64,000 nt of DNA, taken from positions 620,001 to 684,000 of the forward strand of contig CDRNVI010000003.1 in the NCBI GenBank assembly GCA_977017575.1, in the 5' to 3' direction. Shown one piece after another: positions 10,838 through 20,841 of the stretch; the first letter of the stretch is position 1, and every line of letters begins with the position of its first letter. The position numbers and the translations under genes were made by a program. This DNA comes from Paramoeba atlantica. Taxonomy: Eukaryota > Protista > Discosea. The notes under the pieces were generated by a model. That model worked only from the letters and a program-made list of their open reading frames with translations, was not told where the DNA came from and did not search any database.

Positions 10838-11577
10838 TACAATAATATTTGTAATAAAATTTACACTGTGAAATCCACGCCGCGGGCCTTAATAAATAAC
10901 ATGTATCGAATAGTAAACAAAGAAACAACTAAAATGTATCTGATTGCTCACAAGCCCTATTTCCCAATCTCAAAACATAACATCAACATTAAACTGTAAA
11001 TAATATGTTCTCACGACAATTTTAGGCCTGCAAACATATATGTCACTGTCACTCTGTTAACGGGGTTCCCCCCACCGGAACCCTCGACCAACCTGCCCGC
11101 ACACACGTCACACAAAAGAAAACCTGTATAAAAATGCCCGGACACATAGTAAATCATATATAGAAAAGAAATCATAATCAAACCTCACTTACAGAACTCG
11201 TACAAGGATAACGATAGCAATGGATGACCAGTCCACTGCCACGCCCTTTACAAGCTCACACGAGCTACACAGGTTACGCTTTCAACCTCTGCCCATGCAC
11301 CAACTTGGGAACTAGAAGTGTGGAGCAACTAGGCGTGGTGTACGGCCGTGTCAACAGTGATGCGGTTAAAAAACATTAAGGCGTTAATCGTAGAATAAAG
11401 AAAGCTTTACTCATCTTTATCTCACATTGGGGAACCTTGTTTTCGAAAAAAACAAGGCGTGAGGATAAAGCCTGTCAACCGATTAACATCCATAATCTTC
11501 CAAAAATTATAGGGACAACCTCCAAACCCCCGGATCCCGTCCGCTCTTTTTTTTTTTATATTTGGTGATCCTGTCCC

Positions 11578-11730
11578 CTAGGGTTTTTCCTCAATATGAC
11601 TGCCTACCTTATCAATATCTCTCTCAATCTTACCCTTACATCTCTCCACCTTCTCCAACTCAACCTCCTTCCCGCGACTGACAGCATCCGCCGGGTTCTC
11701 ATCCGTGGATATGTACGCTGCCTTCACACA
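11578..11730 (-). pseudogene. Displaced C-terminal end of the RNase H of copy T4
   Basis: CVKAAYISTDENPADAVSR continues in frame the ..EEKGI break at 17350 and aligns with GIAVQAQYICSSENPAD in T3/T6. Confidence 0.85.
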
Positions 11731-12197
11731 AGAATTGTTCATCATAAATATTGTAACTAAGAAAGAAATGAACTAAATCCAAGAAGTATATTAATTCCCC
11801 TCTGCACTCTAACAAAAGATAAAACTCAAGCCTATATATAGTTCGTCAAATTCATCATCTTATAGTTCGTCAAATATGCATAAGGTATGACCGGTCATTA
11901 AACAAACGACACTATTCCACAAATCTCCTTCCCTCTCCAAGCTAGCGAACGGGTCTCGCGGGGACCGCCCATTCGCTCGTTTTATAATATTCACCCAATC
12001 GCGCGTTGATTGAATTTAGCGGTGCCTACTCCGCCAAACTAAATCATATTGAATTTCCCATTGAAATCGCTCAGCGTTTCTGTTCTGCTCGGGCATCAAA
12101 GGAATCCAAATCTCGCCGTCTTCTGTCTCTGTCCAATATCATTTCAGCACTATCCTTTTGTTATAACAATTTCTTTTTTTTTTACTTGTCCTTTTTC

Positions 12198-14963
12198 TTA
12201 CATTCGGCTGTATGGATCTGCCGGATTTTCACTCGAACATATGTATTGCGCCTGCACTGCTATGCCATTCTTTTTTAAAAATTCCAATAAGCGTCGGAGT
12301 TCTGCCGTGATTCCATCTGAGCTGGATATCTTTCGATTAATAGCTGCAACGCAAGAAGTATTGTCCACATATAAATCGACGCATGTCTCCTTATGAAAAT
12401 GATGACCATATTTCTCAAACGCGAGTCTAACCGCCCGAGCTTCGGCGCGGTTGACCTCGTACGTAAAGTCTTCAGGCCATCGTGCTCCAGAACATAGCAT
12501 TTGGCCGTAATCTAGGTACAACACAGCTCCCCATCCTTTTGATGATGCATCGGTACACGATATGTGACGGTGTGGGACAGTATCGGGATGCGGAGGGGGG
12601 GAAACCGGGGATTTATATAGCAAATCATCTCGCCAAGAGGATAGGGCTACTCGAACGGGCGTTGGTAATGGCACTGCATTTTCTGCGAGTTGTGGTTCTC
12701 GATTTAGCTTATTGATTCTGCGCCGAACGATTTTCAATTCTAAATGATACTGTGGAATGTTAATACCCATAATAGCAGACGCGAAAATTAAGCGACCTAC
12801 CCCTGCCTCGAGAGAGCCGTACGTAGCTTCGGCAAAGTCATCTGTTTTTAGCCTCTTAGTCAATTTCGGACCCAGGGCAACCTTCCCCTCCCGACGGTGA
12901 TAATCAATACCATTGAAAGTGTAATACTGTTCTGGAGCAACGCCCTTATCCTTGAACTGTGCGTTGACTCTTTCCGCTCTGTCGTCAACGAAACGAGCAT
13001 ACTCTCTCGTATGTATGTCCTTCCCGGCGTACCGAATTCCATCAATGTAGACGTCGGGCTTACCGTAAGAAAAGGTAGTTTTCGTGTTGCAAAAAGCCCT
13101 GTCGCCCGCCAGCGTAGCAGTGAGCGTATGCATCAGTTCTGGCGCGCATCGACGCCCCATTGGCATCACTGTCAGCTCAAACAAATCCCCTCGTTGATCA
13201 GTAAAGCGAAATTTCTGACGACTCTCCACGGGTATCTCCACTTGCCAAAATCCGCAGGCCAGGTCCCGTTTTACCGCGCTCTCCTCCTTTGCTCGGTGAA
13301 GATAGTACGCCGCGTGCTTCACAGGTACATACGGGTCATATTCACCCTTGATCCGATCGTTGTCTTGCTTTGTCCACGCTATAAACCTCCTCCGTTCACC
13401 GGTCCCATCCTCTGTAGGCTCAATTACTGTGAATGGTAACACCCAGTCCATTGTCGGGCGATCCCTTTTCGCCATGACACTCACCTTTGTGACGAAACCA
13501 GCATCGATGAGTTGCTTTACGTCAGATTGGGGCAGGAAAGAACGGTAGACGGGCACCCGAGATGGTTGTTCTGGTAAACGTAGTAATGTAGCCCATGTCT
13601 CATCGAACCGTTCCTGTGTCGTCTCGTTCATCATGTTCCGTAAACTATGCACTTGCATGCGAGGAATCCCCTTCTTAATATGCAGCGGTATGTTGAAATC
13701 CTTCGGTGAAGCTACCTTTGAGGTGCGACGCGTACGTGTAATCGTATGGCGGACTTTTTCATGCGGAAATTCCTCAAGAAACTTGCGAAAAACATCTTCT
13801 GGACTCATAATACCTGTAGCTTGGACGACGCTTTTTGGGTACCAAGCGCTAAGGCTGTAGTCACTGGATCCGCATTGTATCTTAGCAGGGACTCGAGTGA
13901 TTGGTGTTTTGCTAACCTCTGAACGTCCTCGAGCGCTGCATTCCCTTTGACCACCTCGGCAAAGAGCTGGGTTATCGCTCCACGTTTTGCTGAATGAGTT
14001 CCGAACCCCTCCCCTGGTATGTGGCGGATTCTCCGATCCACGTTTGAGACTGATGTGCGAGACATCGGCTGAAACCTCCCGAGGTTTGATACGTATGCCG
14101 CCAGTAGATCTGTCCCCGGTCCTTCCACTACAGTATACATAGACGGGCGGTACGGATTGAACCGAGACGTCTTCGTTTGGCGTCCCCACCATATCACAAT
14201 CCTTGTCGGCGTCAATTCGTGAAACTTGTCCCTTGTTAATACGGAGGTTTCGGCCCATCGGCTGGCCGCCTTCCAGCAAAGCAGAACAGTATGTTTTTCG
14301 TCGTCCGGAAGGTGATTCCACAGTTGATGAAGCGTCTCCGGAGTCAACGGCGTCATTTGCCGAATCGGCTCGCTCGCCCCCTCCGACATCAGTGACTTCA
14401 CGTAAAACCGAAGAGGGTTGGTGTCCTTTCCCAGATTCAGTATTGCAGCAAGACTTCTGGCGTACGTTAATTTTCCTTGGATACGTATCGGCAAACTTGC
14501 AATGAAAGTGACTGCGTGAATAGGTGTTACCTCTATTTCTTTCCAGTGGCAATACGCTGTCAGTCGTTCCCAAAGCCGTGCGCGAGCTGTCCACGTCGCC
14601 GTGCTCCACATCTCCCACATGGCGTCCAACGCAACTCGAATTTCCGGAGTTAGACACGCCACACCCAACAACAGCTTGATTAACTGGAACCGCACCGGAG
14701 AAGCAGCCTGCAGACTCAACGTGCCGCCGTATATACTCTCTGAGCTCACTGATCTCCCCTTTAAGCACTGCGCATCCCGAACATCTAAATTTTCCATTTC
14801 TACTCTCCTCCTCTTTGGGGCTTGCGATATTATAGACACAATTTTCCTTTTGAAGCAAATTTGTGAACTGGCCGTTTGGGTGGGAGATAGTCATAAACTC
14901 TTGCTGCCTGGAGCAGGGCCAGCCACCCGCGCCCGAAAATCCTGCTGAAAGCGCTTCGGACAA
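12198..14963 (-). CDS. RT-RNase H polyprotein of T3, 921 aa; N-terminal third overlaps YR
   Basis: RRRFIAWT, KRDLACGFWQV, VMPMG, YIDG (YxDD variant), RNase H CTDASSKGWG, VNRAEARA, LYVDN, ENPAD. Confidence 0.9.
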   Translation of the reverse strand: MSEALSAGFSGAGGWPCSRQQEFMTISHPNGQFTNLLQKENCVYNIASPKEEESRNGKFRCSGCAVLKGEISELREYIRRHVESAGCFSGAVPVNQAVVGCGVSNSGNSSCVGRHVGDVEHGDVDSSRTALGTTDSVLPLERNRGNTYSRSHFHCKFADTYPRKINVRQKSCCNTESGKGHQPSSVLREVTDVGGGERADSANDAVDSGDASSTVESPSGRRKTYCSALLEGGQPMGRNLRINKGQVSRIDADKDCDMVGTPNEDVSVQSVPPVYVYCSGRTGDRSTGGIRIKPREVSADVSHISLKRGSENPPHTRGGVRNSFSKTWSDNPALCRGGQRECSARGRSEVSKTPITRVPAKIQCGSSDYSLSAWYPKSVVQATGIMSPEDVFRKFLEEFPHEKVRHTITRTRRTSKVASPKDFNIPLHIKKGIPRMQVHSLRNMMNETTQERFDETWATLLRLPEQPSRVPVYRSFLPQSDVKQLIDAGFVTKVSVMAKRDRPTMDWVLPFTVIEPTEDGTGERRRFIAWTKQDNDRIKGEYDPYVPVKHAAYYLHRAKEESAVKRDLACGFWQVEIPVESRQKFRFTDQRGDLFELTVMPMGRRCAPELMHTLTATLAGDRAFCNTKTTFSYGKPDVYIDGIRYAGKDIHTREYARFVDDRAERVNAQFKDKGVAPEQYYTFNGIDYHRREGKVALGPKLTKRLKTDDFAEATYGSLEAGVGRLIFASAIMGINIPQYHLELKIVRRRINKLNREPQLAENAVPLPTPVRVALSSWRDDLLYKSPVSPPPHPDTVPHRHISCTDASSKGWGAVLYLDYGQMLCSGARWPEDFTYEVNRAEARAVRLAFEKYGHHFHKETCVDLYVDNTSCVAAINRKISSSDGITAELRRLLEFLKKNGIAVQAQYICSSENPADPYSRM
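13805..14839 (-). CDS. Tyrosine recombinase of T3, 344 aa, nested in another frame of the RT ORF
   Basis: WKAASRWAE, WWGRQTKT, THSAKRG, AKHQSLESLLRY. Confidence 0.88.
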   Translation of the reverse strand: MSIISQAPKRRRVEMENLDVRDAQCLKGRSVSSESIYGGTLSLQAASPVRFQLIKLLLGVACLTPEIRVALDAMWEMWSTATWTARARLWERLTAYCHWKEIEVTPIHAVTFIASLPIRIQGKLTYARSLAAILNLGKDTNPLRFYVKSLMSEGASEPIRQMTPLTPETLHQLWNHLPDDEKHTVLLCWKAASRWAETSVLTRDKFHELTPTRIVIWWGRQTKTSRFNPYRPSMYTVVEGPGTDLLAAYVSNLGRFQPMSRTSVSNVDRRIRHIPGEGFGTHSAKRGAITQLFAEVVKGNAALEDVQRLAKHQSLESLLRYNADPVTTALALGTQKASSKLQVL

Positions 14964-17217
14964 TTACGCCACATGTGGTCCGGGGATCTGCATCCAAAGC
15001 ATAGAAAAGTCCGTCGTTGGGGGAAACCAGTCGGCCGTGTCTGTCCAGGCGAGGGGCGCGTTGCCAATGCAGGAGGTGAACCGGCAAACGATTGATAACG
15101 GGCATATTGTTTCTGCCGATCAGCTAACTGGTCACTCACATGATGGTAGAACTTGTCCTCCGGACGTACATCCTTCTCCAATTTCAGATGCACTAACTCC
15201 ACATCGACACGGCGCGCGCGCCAATATGCGTCCCGCATGGTTTGTATAATTCCACGTCCCATCTCCAGATACACACCCTGGTTCCACTGCGGAGTAAGGC
15301 GCGCATAAATCAACCACTTGCAAAACACTGTGTTGAAAATCCGTTCTTGCTGTTTCACGAAAGCTCGATCGTATATTTGACCTTGTTGATTACTAAAAAC
15401 ATACCCCCCATGCGCCCCTTCAACCCACCCCCCTCCCAGAGGAAAACCCCCTCGTATCACCGCCCCTTTGTGGCCGACGTCGCCCCCTTCACTCTGCGCC
15501 CTCCACTTCGTTGCTCCCTTCGCTCACCCTGCCTCAACTCCCCCGCTCCTTCGCGGCCCTTTTTCGCCCCCCTCCGCGCCACGATCTCGGCCGCCCTCCC
15601 GCTCCGGTGCTCTCCTCGCCGCGCTCTCCCTCGCTGTTTTTTTTGCTCCCTCCCGTGCCCCCCTCCGCGCTCCACGCAACGCTCTCCGTCGCCCTTCCCC
15701 TCTGGCGCTCTCCTCCCACGCTCTCCGCCGCTGTTTTTTTTTCTTCGTTGCCTTCGTCCTCCCCTCGCCACCCCCTTGGTCGCCCTCTGTTGCCCCCTAC
15801 GTCGCTCTGCCGCGCCGCTTTTCGCCCCCCACCCACTGCGCCGTCCCCCTCGCCGCCCATTCCCCCGCCCTCCCTGCTCCCACCTGCGCCACTCTTTCCC
15901 TTCATCCCCTCCGCCACCCCCTCACGCTGCATCTCGAAAAATGGCGCCGCCCGGTACCGAATATAACAAGGTACTAAAAAACTAGGGTAGGCGTCATTCA
16001 CGCTTTTTCTTTTCTTTTTTCTTTCTTTCTGCGGCTTGCAACTAGCCCATGATAACGGGGCTAGGGTAACAATTTGGAGAGATACGAGCTTGTTGAAGCT
16101 GAGATTTGGCCTGTTGAAGCTGAGGAGCCAGTCCGCTCGAGGGGATACCACCCTAGAAGACTTGGTCCGTTGAAGCTGAGATGCTAAAACCGTTGAAGCT
16201 GAGAGTCGACACTCCCAAACTATGCCAGCAAGAAGGCAAGGGGTCAAGGAGCACTGCTTTTGGCAGTGTCGGGGTGTGGCGAACCCCACCCTCCTAGCTA
16301 ATCCAGCTTCCCGCAGCGGACTTTCAGTCTGCGCGTTAGCTGGATCGGCTTGCATCGGCTCTGTGCTGCAATCCTTTTAGGTCTGCGCATGGGTCGTGCG
16401 GGTCGGAGCTACCTTCGGCTCTCTCCGAGGAGGCAACACCCCGTCTACGGGGTTTTTACCTGATACATAACATAACATAACATATTTGATTTATACGCAA
16501 TTCAAATTCGGGCGCATCCCGAAGCTCCCTAATCAGGTCGCGTGTTCGGAAACCATCATCGTCAACTGCATTTATCCATGGACCGAACGTAAGGGGCTCA
16601 TAAGGATTCAGGGCGTTCGGGTCGACGAGCAATGGGGCTCCATCTGAGGGATTTTTTGATGTCGAAACGAGCGGTACACCAATAGATCGTCCTCCGGCCA
16701 AATCGTTACGATTCGAAAAAGCCTCGTCGTGTAGTGGGCCCGGCGGCCGACCAGATGTCGACTGTAGAGCCACTTGAGTCGGATTTGAACTACTCGTTGA
16801 AGGATTAGAACTACTCGCTGAACTACTCTCTGGGGGAGAATCGTCAATAACTTGAACAGCGTAGTAATCAAGCTCGGGGTGCGGAAACGGATACTCCTGG
16901 CTGGGTTTATCCTCCCATACGGCCCATAATTCGAGGCCCTCCTTTCGAACCTTTCCAAACAAAGTCTGACGACCCGCCTCGCTGTCATCCTTGCGCCGAA
17001 ACGTAGCCTCCACCTTCATTACGGGATGATTTCCTGGCTTTAACATAAGCTTTTCCCGTACAACCGTACATACTAAACTCAGTTCCTGTTGCGTCAGCGG
17101 CTCGGTAGGCTCGAGCGACTGCACAAGAGAGGAACTTCGCGAAGAGCGTAACGCCCGTGTCGATGGTGCGTCGATAGTTGGCATGAAAAAAAAACATTTT
17201 CTGTCGCGAATAATCAA
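14891..17217 (-). pseudogene. gag of T3 with CCHC knuckle, split by a 1.1-kb insertion
   Basis: N-half (16482-17217) and C-half (14891-15380) rejoin in frame as EFELRINQIYDRAF and align with T7 gag. Knuckle CFGCRSPDHMWRNC. Confidence 0.85.
15381..16481 (+). mobile_element. Non-coding SINE-like insertion, family S1, 1101 bp
   Basis: 8-bp TSD ATATTTGA (15373-15380, 16482-16489), no TIRs, (ATAAC)n tail after GGGGTTTTTACCTG. C-rich 5' half, hairpin module at 15940-15998, four GTTGAAGCTGAG repeats. Starts with CCTTGTTG, the SL 3' end. Other copies at 24725-25490 and 30370-30552. Confidence 0.85.
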
Positions 17218-17349
17218 AAGAAGCTAAAAATGTTAAAACGTATGATTACCACAATAAACTTCATAACGTATTTACACAAGGGGGGTACATGGGGGGTGTA
17301 GAAAACGAATGTCAATATTATATTCGACCAATTCTCTCCGTAAACTGTA

Positions 17350-19156
17350 AATACCTTTCTCCTCTGTCAGTCGCAGGACTTCGCGCAATTCCATTGAAAC
17401 CCCCTCTGACTTGGAGATCCTCCTGTTCAGTGCAGCCTGACAGGAGGTGTTATCAACGAAAACATCCAAGCAGGTTCCACGGGGGCAATGCGCGGAAAAC
17501 TTCTCGAGGGCTAGGCGGACTGCTGCAGCTTCCGCACGATTCACCTCATACGAGGAGGACTCAGGCCACGCCTCTCCCGTAATCAAAACCTCTCCGCTGT
17601 CTAAATACATAATCGCTCCCCACCCTTTCACCGAGGCATCGGTGTAGAGACGATGCTTGTGTGGAACAACATCGGGGTGGGGAGGTGGAGACCGTGGAAC
17701 ATTCTCCAACAACTCGTTTCTCCACTCTGTTAGCATGGAGCGAGTGACGACAGGGAGTGCGACCGGACGGTCACATAACTTCGGGCAACGGTTCAACAAA
17801 TTGATACGCCGTTGCGCCACCTTCAGAGCGAAATAAAATCGCGGCATATTGAGCCGGAGAACTGCGGAGCCATAAATGAGGCGCCCCACCACCGCCTCTA
17901 GGTCAACAAAGGAAATGTTGAAGAAAGAATCGGCTCGCAGTTTCCTGATCACTCGCGGTCCCAGGCAGACCGTATGCGCATTATGGTCGAACGACACCCC
18001 ATTAAACACGTACTGTGCTACAGGGGCCTGACCCCGATCTTTGAAAAGACCGTTCGCCTTATCGCAACGCTCATCAATGAACTGAGCGTACGTGGTGGCC
18101 TCGGAGTTGGTTCCTGCAAACCGAACTCCGTCAACATAAACGTCGATAGCGCCTCGGTGAAACGAGTAGCGCTGAGAACAGACCGACGTCTCGCCAGCAA
18201 TCGCGGCGGTAATCGTGTGCATAACCTCCGGTGCACACCTATGGCCCATCGGGAGGACGTTCATCTCATACACGTCTCCACTGTTCGTTCTAAGGCGGAA
18301 TTTGGGCCGCGCCCTCTTCGGGATACCAATCTGGTAAAACCCGCATGTGAAGTCCCGCTTCACAGCCATCGGCTCGTGCGCCTTATGAAGGTACTTGGAG
18401 GGATGATATAAAGGGACCTGTGGTTCATATCCTTTAAGTCTATCATTATCGTCCCGTGTCCACGAAATAAACCTTCTGCGCTGATTGCCCTGATCATCGG
18501 TCTCCACAACCGTGAAGGGAATCATGAACTGCATCGATGGGCGCTTTCTCAACTCCTGCGCCGGGACCTTGGAGATTATGCCTGCGTCCTCTAACAATCG
18601 GACGTCCGCCTCAGGCAACGAACCTTTCACATTAGGTTCGGGGTACGGGGCTTTAGGTACCCATAATAGCTCGTTCACTACCTTGCGAAATCGAGTGGCT
18701 GCTGACATACTCATCCACTCCTTAACCTGATCCAAATGGATAACAGGTATCGACTTCTTGACATGCAAAGGTAGGTGTGCGTCGTGTGCCTTGGCTAGCC
18801 GTGAAGAGCGGCGTGCACAAACAACGGAGTGCCTGCGAAGGTAAGGCACTTCCCCGAAGCACTTTGCCACGTGCTCCGAGGTTACAGCACTGGAAGACGT
18901 CAGGGCATTCGACTTTTGTCGGATGATGGGGCGTAGCGACCCCAGCTTCCCTAGCTAACTCACCCGGCGTCGCACAACAAGACGCTACATACCATAAAAG
19001 TAAAGGTCTTAATAAAAGTAAAGGTCTTAATAAAAGTAAAGGTCTTAATAAAAACAAAGGTCTTAACAAAAGATTTTATGACCATTTCTTTTAAAGCGTT
19101 TTTGTATGATATAAACTGCGAATCCTCTTCAAACAATTCTTTTCGTAAACTATGAG
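17350..19156 (-). mobile_element. YR retrotransposon T4: RT-RNase H body with rearranged 5' region
   Basis: RRRFISWT, KRDFTCGFYQI, LPMG, YVDG, YTDASVKGWG (ORF 17272-18870, true homology stops at 17350). Terminal motif at 19134-19156; gag and most of YR are replaced by a hairpin block and 18-bp repeats. Confidence 0.8.
18899..19075 (+). repeat. Multi-hairpin block plus 18-bp tandem repeat (TAAAAGTAAAGGTCTTAA) x~4
   Basis: Block GTCAGGGCATTCGAC..GACGCT is shared with ~19496, ~21609 and 35217. Segment ~18845-19200 is duplicated at ~19420-19758 and continues after 20691. Confidence 0.85.
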
Positions 19157-19758
19157 ACTTCCTATGGTCCTAATATTATATATTCGAAAGATAATATTGA
19201 AATTTAATTTCGGTTCCGCATAATTGTATTTGAATGTTTATAAGAAACATTGTTATTCTAGGTTGAAAAGTGATATACAAAATGTGCTATTCAGTCTTCT
19301 AGCGATTTCTGTATATTATCTATTTCATTATTGATGCTTGTAGGGTAAAACTAACTTGCTAATACTAACGACTGGGTACCGTCGGCACCCACCCTTAAAG
19401 GCCCTTCACCCACCCTTAAAGGCACTTCCCCGAAGCAATTTGCCACGTGCTCCGAGGTTACAGCACTGGAAGACGTCAGGGCATTCGAGGAAGAGTCAGG
19501 GCATTCGACTTTTGTCGGATGATGGGGCGTAGCGACCCCAGCTTCCCTAGCTAACTCACCCGGCGTCGCACAACAAGACGCTACATACCATAAAAGTAAA
19601 GGTCTTAATAAAAGTAAAGGTCTTAATAAAAACAAAGGTCTTAACAAAAGATTTTATGACCGTTTCTTTTAAAGCGTTTTTGTATGATATAAACTGCGAA
19701 TCCTCTTCAAACAATTCTTTTCGTAAACTATGAGACTTCCTATGGTCCTAATATTATA

Positions 19759-20691
19759 AACCCCCGCTCACGAAAAGTGACCCCCCTCTTTTTTTTTCGT
19801 ACAAATGTCCGTTTGAGCTGTTTTTTGTTGCATTTTGCAGATCTCAACACAAGGACTTTGCGCGTGCAGAAATGAGACAAAAAGAAACGAATATGCACAA
19901 TTTAGAGAAGAATTACCATTTTGTCACTTTTTCGCCCTTCAATCTTATACACTCCTTAAGTCGAGAATCAAAACTTGATACTGTTTTGTCGATCACTTTT
20001 TGAGTTAAAAAAGACCATGCTTTACGTACACATCGGATAAGTGAAGGTTTGTCCGATGGGGTTTGTTCGTCTACCGCCTCTTGGACCATAGACCAGACGT
20101 TTTCTATGGGGGAAAGGTCGGGCGAGTTGGGGGGCCAATTTCTTAGAACATCACTCATTCAATTCTCAATATACTCTTTGGAGGCACGGGCAGTATGTGC
20201 CGTTGCCCCATCCTGTTGAAATACACTATTAGGGGGAAATCTACCTGTTTTAATGTTTCTACGTACGTCTCACTTGTAATAGATGTGTCATTGTAGATGT
20301 CTCACTTGTAATAGATGGTCACAGGACTCAAAGTGTATTCCCCGCTAGATTTTTTTTCGTTCAGATATTTTTTGATTATCCTTCTAGAGACGTTAAAATC
20401 ACGGGATAATTGTTTTATCGGAACACCTTCTGCCTGTCTCATCTTCAAAAGAACCTTACCACTATCCGTAAGCCCCCCTTTTGGGAGCCGATATGGTGAT
20501 TTGGTCATTTTTGGAAAAAAAAGTTGAAAAACCAATTATGTTTTTTGACTAAATTTTAAAATTTTAAAATGAGCTAAAAACAGCGGGAACGTACAGATCT
20601 CGAAATTTTGAACGAAAAAGTGATATGATCACCCACCGACGCCCCCCTGTGCTAAAAATAAGGGGGGGTCACTTATTCGTGAGCGGGGGTT
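19759..20691 (-). mobile_element. Internally deleted Tc1/IS630-type transposon, 933 bp
   Basis: ~29-bp TIRs AACCCCCGCTCACGAA(T)AAGTGACCCCCC and TA TSD; empty site visible in the paralogue at 19171-19190. HTH N-terminus (20302-20535) and FQQDGATAH..*..WPPNSPDLSPIE C-terminus with an in-frame TGA. Confidence 0.9.
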
Positions 20692-20841
20692 TATATTCGA
20701 AAGGTAATATTGAAATTGTCCGGAAAATGGGTCTGTGCTGTTATAGAAATTTGAGATAGAACTACTGGGTAAGATTGAAGCTATGTATCAGAAGAAAATG
20801 AAAATATGTTTTCTTGTAGTATGAAATTCTAAGCCTAGGCA

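Larger units (their letters stand above)
11731..17349 (-). mobile_element. Full-length YR retrotransposon T3, inserted without TSD into the RNase H of T4
   Basis: Both ends defined by rejoining the T4 reading frame (ggt at[t t]gt gtg). Contains gag (interrupted), YR and RT-RNase H. 3' terminal region is homologous to 30905-31113. Confidence 0.88.

Noticed and set aside
15964-15974. AACAAGGTAC in the module as an antisense guide to the SL 3' end
   Set aside because: The 10-nt complementarity holds only for the GTACC-stem units and is lost in the four other stem variants.
15242-16355. Pro/Arg/Gly-rich ORFs in several frames (also 24852-25557, 29540-30687)
   Set aside because: They arise from stop-poor purine/pyrimidine-skewed sequence inside non-coding repeats and show no domain motifs.
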